From: Bugula neritina
Taxonomy: Eukaryota; Animalia; Bryozoa
Assembly (NCBI GenBank): GCA_964035545.1
Contig: CAXIUT010000225.1
Span: 1 to 24,875 of the forward strand
DNA: 24,875 nucleotides
Reading direction: 5' to 3'
This document shows, in pieces, positions 23,023 to 24,875 of the stretch; position 1 is the first letter of the stretch; each line of letters opens with the position of its first letter. The position numbers were made by a program, and so were the translations under genes. Under the pieces are notes generated by a model. That model searched no databases and was not told the DNA's origin. It was given only the letters and a program-made list of their open reading frames with translations.

Positions 23023-24740
23023 ATGGAGAACAGCATAATAAGACAAATCATGAGCAATAAAAAAAATCTTACTAAACTCCACATCTACATAATCAAAAAA
23101 AGATCATCAAATTAAAATCCTCAATACTCCCATCGACTATAATCTCAATCCAAAATACCTATCATCACCAGCCTACCAAAATGCAAAAGTTAAAGCAAGC
23201 AATCCAATCGATAACAAAATGCAATCAACCAACACATTAACTTCTAAGCTGAAGCAAATCATACAAAAAAATAATTTGTCAGAATTCGGAGCATAAAATC
23301 CTAAAAAAATAGTTTAAGAAGAAAAGTAAAAAGTTAATAAAATAAAGTCATCACTGTCACCCCGCATAAAAGCTATCAAGCTCCTAAATAGAAACAAAAG
23401 AATGTTATGAAAAGCTATCTCTAATATATCAGAGCATCAGATAAACAATATGTATAGAAAATTAATTTCAATCAACTCAGAAAAAGAAGTAGAAGACAAG
23501 GTCTTACAAAGAAATAAAAATAACTTATTTCGCTTTTAGATCAAGTCTTTACTGTTATATTTTAAGTATAATTGTTACTATAAAGAAACTTTCTTTTTAC
23601 AATTAAGATCTCAATAAATCACTTTAAAATTGTTGCTTATATTATCTACAATGCCATTAAAAAGTAAAAATATAACTTCTGCTTTCAATCTACTACCCTA
23701 AACTACTTCACACTAAACTAAGACCATACCTAATCTACCAACGTCAAGTCATCTACTATATCCTCTTTCTCACAAAAAGCCAACAAATGTAAAAACTTGA
23801 ACAAAATCATATTTAATCACTAAAATTATCAATCAGACATATCAAAGAATGTCTTGGTATTTTAGTTAAGGTATAATAATCTCTATCTGTAGCCCATCTT
23901 CCAAATGGAAGAGGAAGTTATTAATAATATGAGCTAAACTTTTAAGATATTGAAGTCTGTGGGAGAAATGGAAAAGAAATTGACTATTATTGAAAAATAA
24001 ACGCAAAGAAAGTATGTTTCTATGTATTTAGTTTTATCAAATCTAATAAAGGACTATCATAAATATAAAATAGCTTTATAGAACTACTTAATTCTAAAAC
24101 ATAGTGGCCTCTATAGATCCTAACTTAAAAATAAATATAAATCTCTTGGAAATATTTCAAAATACCACCTATTCCTTTTCTCCCAGCACAAAAAACATAA
24201 AAATCATACACTCTAGTATTATAAATTTAAGATATGTTAATCTATTATGACAGAACTAATAAAATATTGAAATACCGACCTTATCTTGATATATTTTTAT
24301 CAAAAATAAAATAATTTTATTAGATAGTAATCTACACTTCAGCACCACACTAATTCAGTTAAACAATCATCAAACAAATATAAAAAGTAGGTAAATATTT
24401 TGATTATCATCTCTGTTAATCACATCTAGTTCTTCACTAAGGAAAAACTGTTAAAGATTTTTTCAAGATTAGGAAGAAATGATAAAAAATTAGTCATTGT
24501 AGATACTATTTATCCAGCTAATAAACAATTTAAAACAAATTTTATATAACTATCTAGTTGGTATGGAGATAAAAGCGATCGAGCTCTTTCTCGGTTAACC
24601 AACATTTTGTGGGGTAGTTTTTATGTCATTTAGAACTGCAATTGAATAAAATAGAAGATGTAAGAGAATATTTAAAATAAATAAATTAAAATCTTCATCT
24701 AATTGATGAAAAAGATGAAGAAGAGATCTAAGAAAGATGA
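23023..24740 (+). CDS. FCP1/SCP-like (NIF, HAD superfamily) domain protein, likely a pseudophosphatase; intron 24614-24633; indels near 23995 and 24460
   Basis: PPIPFLP..YTLVLxIxDMLI..YRPYLDIFL..FYxIVIYTSA..VKDFSRLGR..LVIVD..SWYGDKSDRAL..DVREYL; TGA at 24738-24740. Confidence 0.88.
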
Positions 24741-24788
24741 TTTTTAATAAATAAAATAAAATTTAATATATTTCATAGCTAAGATAAA

Positions 24789-24875
24789 GGGGTTGGGGTT
24801 GGGGTTGGGGTTGGGGTTGGGGTTGGGGTTGGGGTTGGGGTTGGGGTTGGGGTTGGGGTTGGGGTTGGGGTTGGG
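24789..24875 (+). repeat. Right telomere, (GGGGTT)n, about 14.5 units
   Basis: Perfect G4T2 array at the 3' end, 48 nt after the last stop codon. Confidence 0.98.

Noticed and set aside
16391-24270. Apparent in-frame TGA codons (16391, 17366, 20584, 21902, 24268) suggesting UGA=Trp or a code with no dedicated stop
   Set aside because: Where homology is available (NIF at 24268) the true protein is in another frame. The conserved Trp residues examined (WCGHC, Myb, TBC, NIF) use TGG, and genes end in TGA. The remaining cases are unresolved hypothetical genes with likely indels.
135-24740. Standard ciliate code (TAR=Gln, table 6)
   Set aside because: TAR was not seen at any invariant Gln position examined and repeatedly occupies conserved Glu positions.

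Overview
AT-rich eukaryotic DNA from a ciliate macronucleus. The window runs telomere to telomere: (CCCCAA)n at 1-81 and (GGGGTT)n at 24789-24875. Two further full-length (GGGGTT)n tracts lie inside it (11359-11447, 22119-22199). These split it into a complete 11.4 kb, 9-gene minichromosome followed by two segments (10.7 and 2.6 kb) that have only a right-hand telomere. The supplied standard-code ORF track is mostly fragments or spurious. The genes read through TAA/TAG and end in TGA. At conserved positions in six protein families TAA/TAG align with Glu rather than Gln, i.e. the peritrich-type code (NCBI table 30). About 19 tightly packed genes were read by hand: RING protein, degenerate sirtuin, TBC Rab-GAP, LRR protein, ThiF/MoeB E1-like protein, single-active-site PDI, R2R3-Myb, GDPD1-like phosphodiesterase, EF-hand-like protein, SHIPPO-repeat protein, B-box/coiled-coil/SPRY-like protein, FCP1/NIF pseudophosphatase and several hypothetical proteins. 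Introns are tiny, mostly exactly 20 nt. About 9 one-base indels, mostly in homopolymers, suggest an unpolished long read or low-coverage contig, so the internal telomeres may be chimeric junctions. All calls come from manual translation and motif recognition; no database searches were run.
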